A stretch of 63,789 nt of DNA, the filler included, from Lama guanicoe (Eukaryota), in NCBI GenBank assembly GCA_013239625.1. It is 199 parts of 199 records of this genome, joined end to end, with 100 filler letters (N's around TTAATTAATTAA, not from the genome) between each part and the next. Parts side by side here need not be neighbours in the genome. Positions count along the whole stretch, not along the records: positions 62,602 to 62,823 come from PNXV01040882.1; positions 62,924 to 63,145 come from PNXV01040883.1; positions 63,246 to 63,467 come from PNXV01040884.1; positions 63,568 to 63,789 come from PNXV01040885.1; 195 more parts are not named here. One strand, written 5' to 3'. Shown here in pieces: positions 62,764 to 63,789 of this stretch. Each line of letters opens with the position of its first letter. Within the stretch, counting starts at the first letter, position 1. The position numbers were made by a program, and so were the translations under genes. Below the pieces are notes generated by a model that did not search any database, was not told the origin of the DNA, and saw only the letters and a program-made list of their open reading frames with translations.

Positions 62764-63789
62764 GTAGGTTTGCTTTCGGGGGTCCCCTCTGCTTTGGATG
62801 GAGGTGAGCTGACTTGTCGCTGGNNNNNNNNNNNNNNNNNNNNNNNNNNNNNNNNNNNNNNNNNNNNTTAATTAATTAANNNNNNNNNNNNNNNNNNNNN
62901 NNNNNNNNNNNNNNNNNNNNNNNATGCTAAATTCTGTACTGGCGTGTCATTCCTTGAAGAACATACACTCCAGTGGCTGACACTGGACAAATAAAGTAGA
63001 ACAGAGTTTTATGAGAGAGCAGACAATAGATGGAAAGCTTATAATACACACACAACCACTGATTAACAAGAAAGCAACCACTGTTATGAGATTGCCCAAA
63101 TAACTGACATTTTCTGCTCCGTGCTGTTTCTCCACGAAATGTCAANNNNNNNNNNNNNNNNNNNNNNNNNNNNNNNNNNNNNNNNNNNNTTAATTAATTA
63201 ANNNNNNNNNNNNNNNNNNNNNNNNNNNNNNNNNNNNNNNNNNNNCTGCTGCCGGATCTCCCTACTTCCCTCCTAGAATCCCAACGAGACAGCCGTGCGT
63301 ACCCTCGTGAGCTACAGAGCCAGCCTGCCTCCCCCTGGGGGAGGGCCTCAGGCAGGGAGCCCAGGCCACAGGTACGGGGCCCTGAGGAGGAGGCACCTCT
63401 GGCCTCCGAAGGCAAGGGCTGACCCCAGTGTGGTCTGCCAAGCCGTCAGAGCTAGTAGGATTCCCACNNNNNNNNNNNNNNNNNNNNNNNNNNNNNNNNN
63501 NNNNNNNNNNNTTAATTAATTAANNNNNNNNNNNNNNNNNNNNNNNNNNNNNNNNNNNNNNNNNNNNACAGGCTGAGAAAATAGAGGAAGTGATTCTCCT
63601 GCATCCTGTTCACTTTTTGCCAGATGGACGAACGTCTCTCAACGTTCTCAGATCTGAGAGAGAGATGTGAGTGAAAGCTGCCCTTCACCTAGCTTCTTCA
63701 GATCACAGAGTATTTTCATTTGTATAGTACACTATATACATATATAAGGTGAGGTACTAGATTCAACACGTTTTTAAAGTGAAAACTGC

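Noticed and set aside
14..63519. The many 60-91 aa ORFs ending in X-runs, 'N' or 'LIN'
   Set aside because: They pass the length cutoff only by reading through N bases into the linker. LIN is the translation of TTAATTAAT, not a conserved motif.
222..63567. CRISPR-like array (constant repeat with equal-length unique spacers)
   Set aside because: The repeat is an N-flanked synthetic six-frame-stop linker, the 'spacers' are 220-222 bp of mammalian DNA, and there are no cas genes.

Overview
This window is not a contiguous locus. It is an artificial pseudomolecule of 199 unrelated short contigs (220-222 bp, almost all in ascending size order), each separated by the same 100-nt spacer (N44-TTAATTAATTAA-N44, with stop codons in all six frames). 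About 44 kb is real sequence. The DNA is mammalian and most likely camelid (camelid-type L1 3' UTRs, a vic-1-like tRNA-derived SINE head, no Alu/Bov-tA/PRE-1/CanSINE seen). It is mainly intronic or intergenic sequence and decayed interspersed repeats (L1, L2, MIR, MaLR/ERV LTRs, Tigger and hAT elements). Recognisable genic pieces are most of CSMD3 coding exon 1 with its splice donor, the 3' end of a protocadherin-gamma-A variable exon with its donor, the 3' part of a tRNA-Lys(TTT) gene with a Pol III terminator, an OR6C-like olfactory receptor pseudogene, an open class III ERV reverse-transcriptase fragment, a Tigger1 transposase relic and several CpG-island fragments. Two contig pairs look like the two arms of de Bruijn bubbles with exactly 49-bp shared ends. 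Neighbouring contigs are not biologically linked, so I found no evidence for a novel multi-gene system. Most entries in the ORF track are artefacts that run into the N/linker spacer. Repeat-family names come from recalled consensus sequences and need RepeatMasker/Dfam confirmation.
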